From an uncultured Peptostreptococcaceae bacterium (GTDB lineage: Bacteria; Bacillota; Clostridia; Peptostreptococcales; BM714), in NCBI GenBank assembly GCA_964484935.1, contig CAZAFW010000005.1, positions 291 through 64,290 of the forward strand: DNA of 64,000 bases, in the 5' to 3' direction. The notes beneath the pieces were generated by a model. That model was given only the letters and a program-made list of their open reading frames with translations. It did no database searches and was not told the DNA's origin. Positions 18,322-26,314 of this stretch are shown in pieces. The translations under genes and the position numbers were made by a program. The stretch's first letter is position 1. Every line of letters begins with the position of its first letter.

Positions 18322-19242
18322 TTATCTCCCAAAAATATCAATCAGCCTGATTACGGACGGTCCCAATATCACTACAAAAATAGCCGGAAAAATGAACATG
18401 ACCAGAGGAAACAAAATTTTTATGGGCGCTTTCATCGCTTTTTCCTGCGCCTTCTGCTTTCGTTTTTCCCTCAGCTGGGCCGACTGCACCCTAAGCACAT
18501 TTGTTATCGGAACACCAAGCTCGTCAGCCTGTATGACGGCCGCGAGAAAAGCTGTAAGCTCGGGAACATCGCATCGGTCGCCCATGTTTGAAAGGGCATT
18601 TTTCCTGTTTGCTCCAAGCTTCATTTCTCCGATTGTCTTTTTGAACTCCTCAGAAAGAGGCCCGTCCATTTTTTCAACAATTTTTCCCAAAGCCCCATCG
18701 AAGGAAATCCCCGCTTCCACACATACAGTAATCAAATCCAATGCATCCGGCATTTCGTGCTCAAGCTGAAGCTTTCGCTCCCTCGCAATTCTCGAGAGCA
18801 TTGCCCGCGGAAAGGCATTTCCAAAAAGCATTGCCACCAGCGCGGAAGAATACGCCTTTGCAGGGTTTTCCAACACCGTTGCCAGATAAATCCCCAAAAG
18901 GATGGGCAGAATCAATCCTGTCCCGAGTCTTATTGTTATCCATCTGCCCTGAGTCATTCCCCATGGAGTCCCGGCTCGGGCTATGTCCAATCCGATTGCC
19001 TTTATCATCCTCTTTGGAGTTATGTTTTCTATGAAACGGCTAAACCTTGCGAGTGCAGGCTTGATTATCCTTTCACGGAACGGGCTGTCGAGCTCGCTCT
19101 TTTCCTTGTCGCCTCCGCATCTTTTGGCCAATGCTTCCAGCCGTTCTTCTATTCTTATTCCATCCTTACCCAATCCCGACAAAATCAATTGCATAATAAA
19201 AAACACGCTCAGTCCCGCCGACACCGCTATGGCTTGCGTCAC
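18322..19242 (-). CDS. tadC: Tad pilus platform protein TadC (type II secretion system F family)
   Basis: T2SS-F domain (MPDALDLITVCVEAGISFDGAL...), polytopic membrane topology, and position after tadB. Confidence 0.8.
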   Translation of the reverse strand: MTQAIAVSAGLSVFFIMQLILSGLGKDGIRIEERLEALAKRCGGDKEKSELDSPFRERIIKPALARFSRFIENITPKRMIKAIGLDIARAGTPWGMTQGRWITIRLGTGLILPILLGIYLATVLENPAKAYSSALVAMLFGNAFPRAMLSRIARERKLQLEHEMPDALDLITVCVEAGISFDGALGKIVEKMDGPLSEEFKKTIGEMKLGANRKNALSNMGDRCDVPELTAFLAAVIQADELGVPITNVLRVQSAQLREKRKQKAQEKAMKAPIKILFPLVMFIFPAIFVVILGPSVIRLIDIFGR

Positions 19243-19255
19243 GACAATACACCTC

Positions 19256-20239
19256 CTAGAGTTTTATGTCCACTATTTTCTTTATTGCCATGTAACCCAA
19301 AATCTCGCTTACGACCGCGCCTCCAAGCATTATTTTGCCTAAAGGGTTTTCTATCAGAAGACGCATGTACTCCACATCTATGAATGTTATTGCAAGCCCG
19401 AGCAGTACAGGCAGCATGGCTACTATTATTCCCGAGAATCTGCCTTGCGCCGTCAATGTTTTCACTTCTGTCTTTATTCTAACCCTGTCCCTTATTGTTT
19501 TTGTTATCTGGTCAAGTATTCCGGAGAGATTGCCGCCCGTTTGGCGCTGTATCATTATTGCCGTCACCATCAGTTCCAGGTCGTTGCTTACGATTCTTTC
19601 AGAGAGATTTCTCAAAGCCTCTTCTGTTTGAACTCCGAGTCGCATCTCCCTCAAAAGCTTGCCGAACTCGTCAGCCATGGGATCCGGCATTTCCCTCACA
19701 ACCGAATCAACTGCCTGCATGAAGCTGTGCCCGACCTTGAGGGAATTCGAGATAAGGGCTATGGTGTCTCCGAGCTGATTGTTGAAATCCTTGCAGCGTT
19801 TGTTTTTCTTTCTGGCAATAAGCATGGGCGGCAGTAAAAACCCAAAAACCGCTCCGACAAAGGCAAACAAATTAAGTCCCCCGGCCGATTTGAACAAAAT
19901 GGCGACAATGCCTGCCGAAACCATTTGAAAAACCATTATTTCTTCGCCCCTGAGAAAGAGTCCTGCCCTGAGTGCTTCCTTTTGCAGATGTGCCGAATAG
20001 CGCTTGCCCAGTTTCATTGATTTGACAATCTTGTACCACACCTTGTAGATTCCCAGTGTTTTTATGTCGGCAATTTTTTTCCTTTTTCTTTTTTTACCTG
20101 CGTTCGCTTCTTTGTCCTTCTTTCCTACATAAAAATTCACGCGGTCGATTATTCGGTCATTGAAGATCGACCTGTAAATAAAAAGATACGCCATTAAAAA
20201 AACCGAAAACGCAACAAGAGCAGAAATCAATGCAACCAT
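19256..20239 (-). CDS. tadB: Tad pilus platform protein TadB (type II secretion system F family)
   Basis: T2SS-F domain (LGDTIALISNSLKVGHSFMQAV...RQTGGNL) and position after the ATPase gene. Confidence 0.8.
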   Translation of the reverse strand: MVALISALVAFSVFLMAYLFIYRSIFNDRIIDRVNFYVGKKDKEANAGKKRKRKKIADIKTLGIYKVWYKIVKSMKLGKRYSAHLQKEALRAGLFLRGEEIMVFQMVSAGIVAILFKSAGGLNLFAFVGAVFGFLLPPMLIARKKNKRCKDFNNQLGDTIALISNSLKVGHSFMQAVDSVVREMPDPMADEFGKLLREMRLGVQTEEALRNLSERIVSNDLELMVTAIMIQRQTGGNLSGILDQITKTIRDRVRIKTEVKTLTAQGRFSGIIVAMLPVLLGLAITFIDVEYMRLLIENPLGKIMLGGAVVSEILGYMAIKKIVDIKL

Positions 20240-20251
20240 GTCACCAGCTCC

Positions 20252-21586
20252 TTAAACCAAGGGGTTTGGGATTCCCTTGGATTCCATTTCACCGATAAAG
20301 CTCGGCATTATATTCATGAATTCAAAATGTCCTTTGACTTTCCCCTCCGGGGTCATTCCCTGCTGTATGAACCTAAAAATGTCCTGCATTATTACGATGT
20401 CGCCCTCCATCCCCTGAACCTCTGATATGTGGGTGATTTTTCTGCTTCCGTCTTTCATTCTGGATTGGTGGATCACAAGATGCAGAGCCGAGCCTATCTG
20501 CTCCCTTATTGCGCGGACGGGAAGGTCCATGCCGGCCATCAAGACCATTGTCTCGAGTCTGGAAAGCATATCCCTGGGAGAATTGGCATGCCCCGTGGTT
20601 ATAGATCCGTCATGCCCGGTATTCATTGCCTGCAGCATGTCGAGCGCCTCTCCGGACCTGACTTCCCCTACTACTATCCTGTCGGGCCGCATCCTCAGGC
20701 TGTTCTTTACAAGGTCCCGTATGGACACGGATCCGCTACCCTCGATATTTGCCGGTCGCGTTTCAAGCCTAACTACGTTGACCTGGTCCATCCTCAGCTC
20801 AGCCGCGTCCTCTATGGTCACTATCCTTTCCTCATTGGGAATGAAGGATGAAATTACATTGAGTGTCGTTGTTTTACCGCTGCCTGTTCCTCCCGAGACA
20901 ATTATGTTCAGTCTTGCATGCACGCACGCCTTTATGAATTCCGCCATTTTGGGGGTCAGTGTTCCGAAAGTAACCAGATCCTTTATCTGAAAAGGCTCCT
21001 CGGAAAATTTTCTTATTGTTATTGACGACCCGTCGATTGCAAGCGGCGGAATTATGGCATTAACCCGTGATCCGTTGGGAAGCCTGGCGTCCACCATGGG
21101 AGAGCTTTCATCAATCCTCCGACCCAGGGGGGCAACGATTTTTTCTATTATGTGGTTGACATGGGCATTGTTCTTGAATTCCTTGTCTGTCAGGATGAGC
21201 TTGCCTTTCTTTTCGACAAAAATCCGGTCATATCTGTTGACCATTATTTCGGTCACATCCCCATCTCTCAAATAGGTGGTTATGGGTCCGAATCCCATTA
21301 TTTCATCGACCAGCTCCTGGAATATGTCAAAAAAAATCTTTTGGTTTATTTCCAGGCCCTCCTCCTCGAGAATCTTTTGCAGAAGTTTTTCTATTTCTTC
21401 CTCTAGCTGCTCCTGTTCCTCTTCCATTGTCTCGAAATTGAGATTGTATTCCTCAACTATCCTGGCTTGCACTTTTTCTATCAGCCGGGCGTATTCAAGC
21501 TTTTCAACGCTTTTTTGGCCGGATGCCGTTTTTTTTGCATCTCCAACGGACTTTTGGTTTTTCCCCAGTCTTTCCTTAAGAGTCAC
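20252..21586 (-). CDS. cpaF: Tad pilus secretion ATPase CpaF/TadA
   Basis: Walker A GGTGSGKTTTLN. VirB11/CpaF-like motifs IVTIEDAAEL, RPDRIVVGEVRSGEA and NTGHDGSITTGHANS. Confidence 0.9.
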   Translation of the reverse strand: MTLKERLGKNQKSVGDAKKTASGQKSVEKLEYARLIEKVQARIVEEYNLNFETMEEEQEQLEEEIEKLLQKILEEEGLEINQKIFFDIFQELVDEIMGFGPITTYLRDGDVTEIMVNRYDRIFVEKKGKLILTDKEFKNNAHVNHIIEKIVAPLGRRIDESSPMVDARLPNGSRVNAIIPPLAIDGSSITIRKFSEEPFQIKDLVTFGTLTPKMAEFIKACVHARLNIIVSGGTGSGKTTTLNVISSFIPNEERIVTIEDAAELRMDQVNVVRLETRPANIEGSGSVSIRDLVKNSLRMRPDRIVVGEVRSGEALDMLQAMNTGHDGSITTGHANSPRDMLSRLETMVLMAGMDLPVRAIREQIGSALHLVIHQSRMKDGSRKITHISEVQGMEGDIVIMQDIFRFIQQGMTPEGKVKGHFEFMNIMPSFIGEMESKGIPNPLV

Positions 21587-21597
21587 GCCTACGCCCC

Positions 21598-22749
21598 CTA
21601 TCTTTTCAATATGCCCTTGCTTATCCTGCCGAAAGCCTTGTTTGTTTTACTAGGTCCCTTAGCGTTTACATGGGGTAGGCCCTTGTTTACCGCTTTTATA
21701 AGGGATTTCTTCGCTTCAGGAATTTTATAGTCAATCTTTCTTTCGAAAATACGTTCCAGGTCGGCGTATCCGATTCCAAGCTTAGGATTTGCCATATTGA
21801 CAAGTATCTTGATTTTTTCGTCGGGATATTCAAGCGATTTCATAATCTCTATGCCTATCTTCACATTCTTTACAGAAACTATGTCCATTGCCGACACCAT
21901 GAATATTTCATCCGAGAAATCAAGTGCGGCAAGGGTGGCGTCGCTGAAGCTGCTTGCCATGTCTATGACGATATAATCAAATGTCTGCCTCAGGAAAGAA
22001 AGAATCTCCCTTATGGAATCCCCTCCCATATACTCTGCATATTCGGGGCTTGGGGGCGAAGCCAAAACCATCAGGTTTGACATGTATTCGGTCATCAAAC
22101 CATTTATTGTCGAAGTGTCTATGCTGGCGGTCTCCTCCATTATGTCTGCAATGGTCATTTCAGGCTCAATGTTTGCCATCAATGCCACATCTCCGAATTG
22201 AAGGTCCAAGTCCACCAGGGCTATCCTTTTCCTGCTCTTTTTTGCCATATCCACTGCAAGATTGAGGGCTATGGTTGTCTTGCCCACTCCGCCCTTTGTG
22301 CTGAAAATACCTATTATTCGACCGTCCTTTTTATCGTCCCTCTCGTCACTTGCCTTGGGAATTTCAAATTTGACGCTTTTTTTGTATGTCAGCCGTATTG
22401 TGCTTATTAGCCTGTTGATGTCAAGAGGCAGGGTTATATAGTCCTTTGCGCCGCTTACCATGGCTTTCCTTACCTGTTCGGCTCCGATCTCCCTTGCCAT
22501 AATTATCACAGACGTGTTCCTGCATGTTTCGGTGATTTTTTCGCACGCCTCGTATCCATCCATTTGCTGCATTTCGGAATATATCAGCACTATGTCCGGC
22601 ATAAGCCTCTCTGATAATTCCACAGCGGCAGGCCCTGTATCCGCTTCTCCAACCACTTCAATGACTTTTTCAGTCATAAGATACCGCTTTATGAGCTCGC
22701 GGGTGTCCCTCCTGTTTTCTGCTATCAAAACACTGATTTTTTTACCCAT
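21598..22749 (-). CDS. cpaE: CpaE/TadZ-like pilus localisation ATPase with N-terminal atypical receiver domain
   Basis: The ParA/MinD deviant Walker A is STKGGVGKTTIALNLA. The N-terminal 120 aa has a CheY-like fold, but the acceptor position reads DIVLIYSEMQQMDG (no Asp) and the acidic pair reads AEN. Confidence 0.8.
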   Translation of the reverse strand: MGKKISVLIAENRRDTRELIKRYLMTEKVIEVVGEADTGPAAVELSERLMPDIVLIYSEMQQMDGYEACEKITETCRNTSVIIMAREIGAEQVRKAMVSGAKDYITLPLDINRLISTIRLTYKKSVKFEIPKASDERDDKKDGRIIGIFSTKGGVGKTTIALNLAVDMAKKSRKRIALVDLDLQFGDVALMANIEPEMTIADIMEETASIDTSTINGLMTEYMSNLMVLASPPSPEYAEYMGGDSIREILSFLRQTFDYIVIDMASSFSDATLAALDFSDEIFMVSAMDIVSVKNVKIGIEIMKSLEYPDEKIKILVNMANPKLGIGYADLERIFERKIDYKIPEAKKSLIKAVNKGLPHVNAKGPSKTNKAFGRISKGILKR

Positions 22750-22760
22750 TTCAATCCCCC

Positions 22761-23519
22761 CTATTTGGGAATAACTATCTTGCCCTTGTCTGTTACAAGA
22801 TCATTCCTTACAACACCCGGCGTAAAGTATACGGAATCGTCTCCAAAAGGCCTGAGAGCCAGTTTTATGCTTCCCATTTCCTCTCCCAGCACAAGCTTTT
22901 CGCCCTCTTCGGCTGAAACAGCAACCGTCACAGCGTAATTGTTTGGTATTTCCTTCCTCTCTTCTCCCTCTACATTCATGATTTCCTTGCTGACGGCAAG
23001 GACCTGTATGTCCTGGAGAAGCAGAATCGATGTTTCCGGCATATAAATTTTTGAACCTGCCGTTTCTATCGTCTTTTCGTATGCGGTGATATAAATGTCA
23101 ACGTAATCGTTTGGCCGTATCAAGTCTCCAACTCCGCTGAATTGGTCTGTATTGACCGAAATCGCCCGCTTTCCCGCCGGAACCATGAAAGCCAGCTCGT
23201 TTTCATCATTTCTTATCATTCGCTCCCGTGCAAATATTTCCCCTTCAAGTATCCGTTCCTTTGTTGTCATGCCTACTATTTCGTTCCTGTCCGTAAGGGC
23301 TGAAGCGGGAATGTAGGAGTCCTCCCCGACATCCATCGACTCTATGTCGACTCCGCTTATTCTGCTTCCCGGCATCAAGGTCTTCTTGGCCACAAGAATT
23401 GTCTTGTCGGCCCTTACTGCATCGATAGTCTTTATGTCTCCCAGCAACTGATATGTCAAATAGGCTGCCGCAACTGCAAAGAAAAGAGCCGCCAGCAATA
23501 TTTTCTTTTTTGCTTTCAT
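22761..23519 (-). CDS. cpaB: Flp pilus assembly protein CpaB/RcpC (SAF domain)
   Basis: An N-terminal TM is followed by SAF-like VLVAKKTLMPGSRISGVDI and an RcpC-like C-terminus. Position is within the tad operon. Confidence 0.75.
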   Translation of the reverse strand: MKAKKKILLAALFFAVAAAYLTYQLLGDIKTIDAVRADKTILVAKKTLMPGSRISGVDIESMDVGEDSYIPASALTDRNEIVGMTTKERILEGEIFARERMIRNDENELAFMVPAGKRAISVNTDQFSGVGDLIRPNDYVDIYITAYEKTIETAGSKIYMPETSILLLQDIQVLAVSKEIMNVEGEERKEIPNNYAVTVAVSAEEGEKLVLGEEMGSIKLALRPFGDDSVYFTPGVVRNDLVTDKGKIVIPK

Positions 23520-23532
23520 TTTCGTCCCCTCC

Positions 23533-24441
23533 TCATTGCATCAGCTTGAGTCCGTAAGCTCCATAATTGTTTATCGTATCGTCTATGTCTCCGCTTGCCA
23601 CATATTCCATGAATCTTCCTACAACTACCGCAGCTCCGTCCTCGGTCCTGGTGTCCTCGACGAAGAATACGGCAAAGCCGCTCACCTCAATCTGGTCGCG
23701 TCCGAGTGCGTCGAAGGAATCCACAACAGGTATGGTCCAAAGCCGTATTGAATCCTTCGTGAAGCTTTCAAAAGTGCAGTTGTCGTTGCCTAGAATATAG
23801 TTTATTCCATCGACAGTCGGGCCGCTCATGTTTCCGGGCTCGGTGTCAATGATTTCCCCCACTGATATTTTACCGCTGTATCCAAACTTGACATTGTCCT
23901 TGAAGCTGTCGGCCCCTCTAAGGCCAAGCGCAACGGCCCCGTAGTTGCCCGTTTCCCCGTCGCCTGCCCCTTCCTTGAGCGTAACGCTTTCTCCATAGCT
24001 GAAGTCGCTCCATTCCACGGCGAAAGGACGCAATCCGTCGTATACGGATCCTGCCGTTCCCAGCTTCACGTAGGAGCTTTGGCTGACTTCCCTGCTTGAA
24101 AGCCCGAAGATCCCCGCGAATCTGTAATTGACTGTTTGATCTGCGGTGACACGGATTCCGCATGCATCTTCGTCTATGTCAACTAAGATCCTTCCCGGCG
24201 ACGCTCCGTTTGCCTGCGCGTATTCAATTGCAATGCTTCTTGCCGCATCCGGATACATGGGAAGTTCCTGGCCTCCGGCTAGTGCGGAGGCGTCGACGGC
24301 GTTTAAAAGTCTGTGTTTTTCAATCATTACAGCTCCGACATCTATGACAAGTGCCGACATCCCGATGATTGCAGAAAGGGCTATTGCGGTCATTACCATT
24401 ATGTTCCCCTTTTGATTAAGACTTTTTGCCACGCAAATCAC
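23533..24441 (-). CDS. tadG: TadG-like pseudopilin / Flp pilus assembly protein
   Basis: TadE/G-type N-terminus KGNIMVMTAIALSAIIGMSALVIDVG. Start is uncertain: GTG at 24441 or GTG at 24432. Confidence 0.65.
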   Translation of the reverse strand: MICVAKSLNQKGNIMVMTAIALSAIIGMSALVIDVGAVMIEKHRLLNAVDASALAGGQELPMYPDAARSIAIEYAQANGASPGRILVDIDEDACGIRVTADQTVNYRFAGIFGLSSREVSQSSYVKLGTAGSVYDGLRPFAVEWSDFSYGESVTLKEGAGDGETGNYGAVALGLRGADSFKDNVKFGYSGKISVGEIIDTEPGNMSGPTVDGINYILGNDNCTFESFTKDSIRLWTIPVVDSFDALGRDQIEVSGFAVFFVEDTRTEDGAAVVVGRFMEYVASGDIDDTINNYGAYGLKLMQ

Positions 24442-24451
24442 CTCTCTGTAT

Positions 24452-24844
24452 CTACTCCATCCTCATGGATGTAGTAATTTCTATGTGGTGCGGATTGTCC
24501 AAAAGCGCGCTGATTACAGGTGTAACCAGGTCTATGTCGTATGACACGGTAACAAGTACGGTTTCTCCCCTTGTTCTTGCCGATTCTTCGGGAGTGATGG
24601 AAACCCCCACTCTTGTGAGGTCCAAACCCGAAAACGAATCTTCTACGCTTTGCATAGCTGCAAGGGTGCTTCCTCCTAGTGCCGTGTTTCTGGCGCCTTC
24701 CCTGGCAGCATTGTTTACAACAAGATAAGCGTTCATTACTCTTCCGAATTCAAAAGTCCCCATGAAAAGTAGAAGGAGAATCGGAAGAATCAAAGCCATT
24801 TCAACCATGGCCTGCCCTTTTTGATTTTTAAGTTTTCCGATCAT
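24452..24844 (-). CDS. tadE: TadE-like pseudopilin
   Basis: N-terminus KNQKGQAMVEMALILPILLLLFMGTFEFG is the TadE motif. Start moved to the second ATG (24842-24844), with GGAGG 8 nt upstream. Confidence 0.75.
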   Translation of the reverse strand: MIGKLKNQKGQAMVEMALILPILLLLFMGTFEFGRVMNAYLVVNNAAREGARNTALGGSTLAAMQSVEDSFSGLDLTRVGVSITPEESARTRGETVLVTVSYDIDLVTPVISALLDNPHHIEITTSMRME

Positions 24845-24904
24845 TCTTCTCCCCTCCATATAGGATATAAAGGGGACTCCCCGAATCAGGTCGCCCCCTT
24901 CCTT

Positions 24905-25108
24905 TTATACCAGCATTGTCAATCTTCCGAAAAACGAATCGAGCCATGCCCCAATAAAATGCAGATTGAGCAAGGCAACCAAACTGATGCTCGTTATCGT
25001 CAACACATATTCCACCATGCCTTGTCCCTTTTCGTTTGCAGCAATTAGCATAAATCGCCCAGCCCGCAATTTCATTTTTTCGCTTTGAAAATTCCGGGAA
25101 GTGTCCAT
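24905..25108 (-). CDS. flp: Flp-family pilin 2
   Basis: Contains the Flp processing motif EKGQG/MVEYVLTIT. Its ATG overlaps the flp1 stop (TAATG). The leader is unusually long, so the true start could be an internal Met. Confidence 0.65.
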   Translation of the reverse strand: MDTSRNFQSEKMKLRAGRFMLIAANEKGQGMVEYVLTITSISLVALLNLHFIGAWLDSFFGRLTMLV

Positions 25109-25293
25109 TACGATGCCGCAGGTGTTAAAGCAGTTGTAATGCTGTCGAACATAGTCCCCAGTCCACCTCCGAGAGTATTTATTGCAACCATCGCGATCAA
25201 TGCTATTCCACCGATTATCAGTGCGTATTCAACCATTCCCTGTCCTTCTTCATTCCTTACAAATCCAATCATTTGTACCAAGTATGCAAACAT
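25108..25293 (-). CDS. flp: Flp-family pilin 1 (first gene of Tad operon)
   Basis: 61 aa, with EEGQG/MVEYALIIGGIALIAMVA (G/xxxxEY Flp motif plus hydrophobic helix). SD GGAGG lies 7 nt upstream. Confidence 0.85.
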   Translation of the reverse strand: MFAYLVQMIGFVRNEEGQGMVEYALIIGGIALIAMVAINTLGGGLGTMFDSITTALTPAAS

Positions 25294-25298
25294 TTTTT

Positions 25299-25440
25299 CC
25301 TCCTTTGAATTATCCCGATGATAAAGTCTTCTTTCGAAGGCTTAATGATACTTCGGCGGCTCGGCTGCCACGGGAATTCCCCAAGGCCCGTCACTTTGCG
25401 TCCTTTCCTTTCGGAAAGTTTGCCTTTATCGGTATTCCGA
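25299..25440 (-). promoter_or_regulatory. c-di-GMP-I (GEMM-I) riboswitch E, leader of the flp/tad operon; possible SD-sequestering platform
   Basis: Minus strand reads AAAGGCAAACUUUCC-GAAA-GGAAAGGACGCAAAGUGACGGGCC...CCCGU. Outer helix: CCGAUAAAG (25424-25432) pairs with CUUUAUC(AUC)GG (25315-25326). CCUUCGAA (25333-25340) can pair with UUCAAAGG, which overlaps the SD (25303-25310). No U-tract terminator is present. Confidence 0.8.
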
Positions 25441-25482
25441 AATACTCTCAAGCGGAAATCGCTTCATCATCATTATTTGCCG

Positions 25483-26034
25483 TCAGTCGATTATTTCCAC
25501 AATTCCATAATTTGCGTGATACAGAATGGTCAAGCCCAGATTCTCTGTTATGAATCTGAGGGGCACCATTGCCCGGCCATTGAGTATCAATGCCGGCACG
25601 TCAATCTCGTTTGTTTTGCCGTTGACGCTCACCTTATTTCCGCCGACCCAGATGAGAATTTCCTTTTTGTCTTTTTTGACTGTAACTTTTCTTTCAACGG
25701 GATCCCATAGCACCGAGGCTTCGAATGCCTCCGCAATGGTCCTTACCGGAACCATTGTCCGTCCGTCCTTTATAACAGGAGGCGTATCGAACTTAAAATT
25801 CATCGACTCGTTCAATATGCATTCGACCCCCAGCGGAAAGACATTCTCATAACTTGCAGTTATCAATTGAGCCTTTTCCATAAGCAAGGACATTTCCTCT
25901 GCTGAATACAATCCTTTTGCCTTCTTGCTTCTCTCGACAAGATTGTCCCCCTCGCAATATCCCATATTTCCTATTCCGTTGAAAACCAGTATGACAATCA
26001 TTAAAAACAAAGCGATAGGCTTCTTTATAGGCAT
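25483..26034 (-). CDS. Secreted copper amine oxidase N-terminal (stalk) domain protein
   Basis: Signal/TM sequence IALFLMIVILVFNGIG. Two CAO-N repeats: DGRTMVPVRTIAEAFEASVLWD and NGRAMVPLRFITENLGLTILY. Confidence 0.7.
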   Translation of the reverse strand: MPIKKPIALFLMIVILVFNGIGNMGYCEGDNLVERSKKAKGLYSAEEMSLLMEKAQLITASYENVFPLGVECILNESMNFKFDTPPVIKDGRTMVPVRTIAEAFEASVLWDPVERKVTVKKDKKEILIWVGGNKVSVNGKTNEIDVPALILNGRAMVPLRFITENLGLTILYHANYGIVEIID

Positions 26035-26045
26035 TCACCCCCTCA

Positions 26046-26205
26046 ATAAAACAAACCCGTATCGCATACGATACGGGTCTTTCAACCTTTTTCCACCAAA
26101 AAACCAATTTGAGCATTTTCGGTGACCCAGCCACCATTGGTTTCACCCTTTAGGTCTGTGGTTTTGCGTCCCGGCCTTTCAACCGGTTTGCCGTTATCGA
26201 TATGC
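26046..26205 (-). promoter_or_regulatory. c-di-GMP-I (GEMM-I) riboswitch D with strong intrinsic terminator
   Basis: Minus strand reads ACGGCAAACCGGUU-GAAA-GGCCGGGACGCAAAACCACAGACC...GGUGGCUGGGUCACCG. A perfect 10-bp terminator follows (ACCCGTATCG 26055-26064 pairs with CGATACGGGT 26069-26078), then UUGUUUUAUU, then SD GAGGGGG. Confidence 0.8.
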
Positions 26206-26314
26206 TTAAAAATTTGTCTTATTCCATTTGACTATAGAATACGTATGCGGTTTTACTTTTGGGGCACATTTCATGTCTTTCATTATTTTTTTTTAAAATA
26301 CCCGCATCATACTT

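Noticed and set aside
26228-26257. Sigma-I-type promoter (GCCCC...CGTA) driving riboswitch D and the stalk-protein gene
   Set aside because: The spacing (17 nt) and the -35 sequence do not match the ACCCCC-N12-CGAA pattern I remember for SigI promoters. The evidence is too weak to annotate.
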